The notes below the pieces were generated by a model that searched no databases, had not been told where the DNA came from, and saw nothing but the letters and a program-made list of their open reading frames with translations. A program made the translations under genes and the position numbers. From Phoronis australis (Eukaryota; Animalia; Phoronida), in NCBI GenBank assembly GCA_002633005.1, contig NMRA01000059.1, positions 4,853 to 68,852 of the forward strand: a DNA stretch of 64,000 bases, given 5' to 3'. Positions 62,743 to 64,000 of this stretch are shown one piece after another; position 1 is the first letter of the stretch; the number at the start of each line of letters is the position of its first letter.

Positions 62743-64000
62743 CTGAAACAATGGCAACAAATAATCACATATAGATTAATGGCTGACAAGACAGTTCCTC
62801 AATCAACAATAACAGTAGACAACAGGTCACCACAATGGCTTGTTAACAAAAACATAAAACATTTTTTATAAAATGGAACACAAAAAATCTCACTCTATTA
62901 CACACTGAGAGAGACGTGACTTGGTTCTGACCAATCTTCACTTTTTTCTTTCATTTACGAGCAACTTAAGTGATTTTCATGTTGCCACAGCAACAATCAA
63001 TAAGTCTGCACCTAACCCTAAATGTTTAGTTTCTAAATGATAAGTTAAGAACAGATAACACTTTGAGAGAACCTATAGCAGACACAGATTGATAATAACT
63101 AAACAAGAAAGATAAATTAAAGTAGACACAACAACGGCTATGCTTGAGTCACTTTCACACTGGGTCAGTCAGGACAACCACCCAAGGACTAATCACATGA
63201 CCATGTGTTTACCCTGCTGAACCAAAGTATTGGGAGGGAGAGTGAACCAGCTGAAGCCAACAATAAAACAACAACTACAGTGCATTACAACAAGCTGTGC
63301 CACAAGACTGTGAATGTCACCTACGCCCTCTCATGTTTCATAATGTCTAGAACTAAGATACTATAAAGTTGGGTTGACCATTATACATTTGTGGCCAATC
63401 TATGAAGAAATGCCACAAATATTAAGATACAAGTTGAAGAATGTAAAAAGAAATGTTGGAATCGTTTAGACATTTAAATGTGATATCTCTTAAGAGAATG
63501 TCACTCATTATTAGTTTCTTTTCTCAAAATTCAGAAAAGCAAAGTGAAGCAGACAAAGCAGGCCACACACTGAATTTCAAATTCTGTTTATTTCGTTTGC
63601 TGTACAGAATCGTAATTTAAACTGATAACTGCATAATGTTCACACCATGGAGGAAAAGATTAGCTCAAAGTCACCATCCAAATACATGGTCATTCACAGT
63701 CTTATTGGAAAACAAAATGTTCACAACTTTAATTGCTTACTGTGTTCTAATCTTGGTTCTGAAAGTGTGCAAACAGAAATTTGTTGACAATAATCGCAAA
63801 ATTTGAGATGAAAACTGGTGGAAAGTGATATACTGTTAGTTTTCATAGCACTCGTCACCAAATGTACGATGTTCTGAGAATGATACAGCAACTCAAAAAA
63901 TACCACATAACAAGTTGAACAGATGAAAAATTCACATGTACTGTAACTGTTTGACAACAGTACACTTATTCACCACATGTACTACTGTTTGACAAATGCA

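Overview
AT-rich, intron-rich eukaryotic DNA from a bilaterian invertebrate (a lophotrochozoan or other marine invertebrate is likely but not provable here). It is not prokaryotic, so most six-frame ORFs are spurious and the real genes had to be spliced by hand. Four protein-coding genes are visible. (1) The first two exons of an SLC22-family organic cation transporter (minus, ATG 11600, runs off the left edge). (2) A complete 9-exon RCC1-repeat gene matching SERGEF (minus, 28415-16664). (3) A complete 6-coding-exon NF-YA gene (plus, 40979-50395), head-to-head with SERGEF. (4) The last seven exons of NCKAP1/Hem/Kette (minus, 62742-53738), tail-to-tail with NF-YA. Introns hold a decayed Ty3/Gypsy element with a tRNA-Leu PBS, an inverted pair of Penelope fragments with a degenerate hammerhead ribozyme, an internally deleted Kolobok-type transposon (THAP plus KolX-like remnants), a Helentron-associated (HINE-like) element with a periodic CTCF-like motif array, LINE remnants, MITEs, tRNA-derived SINE-like heads, a 1.5 kb duplication next to an N, and many minisatellites. 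I found no evidence of a wholly new gene system. The most interesting signals are transposon- and duplication-derived structures. All identifications are by eye and from recalled homology, not from database searches.
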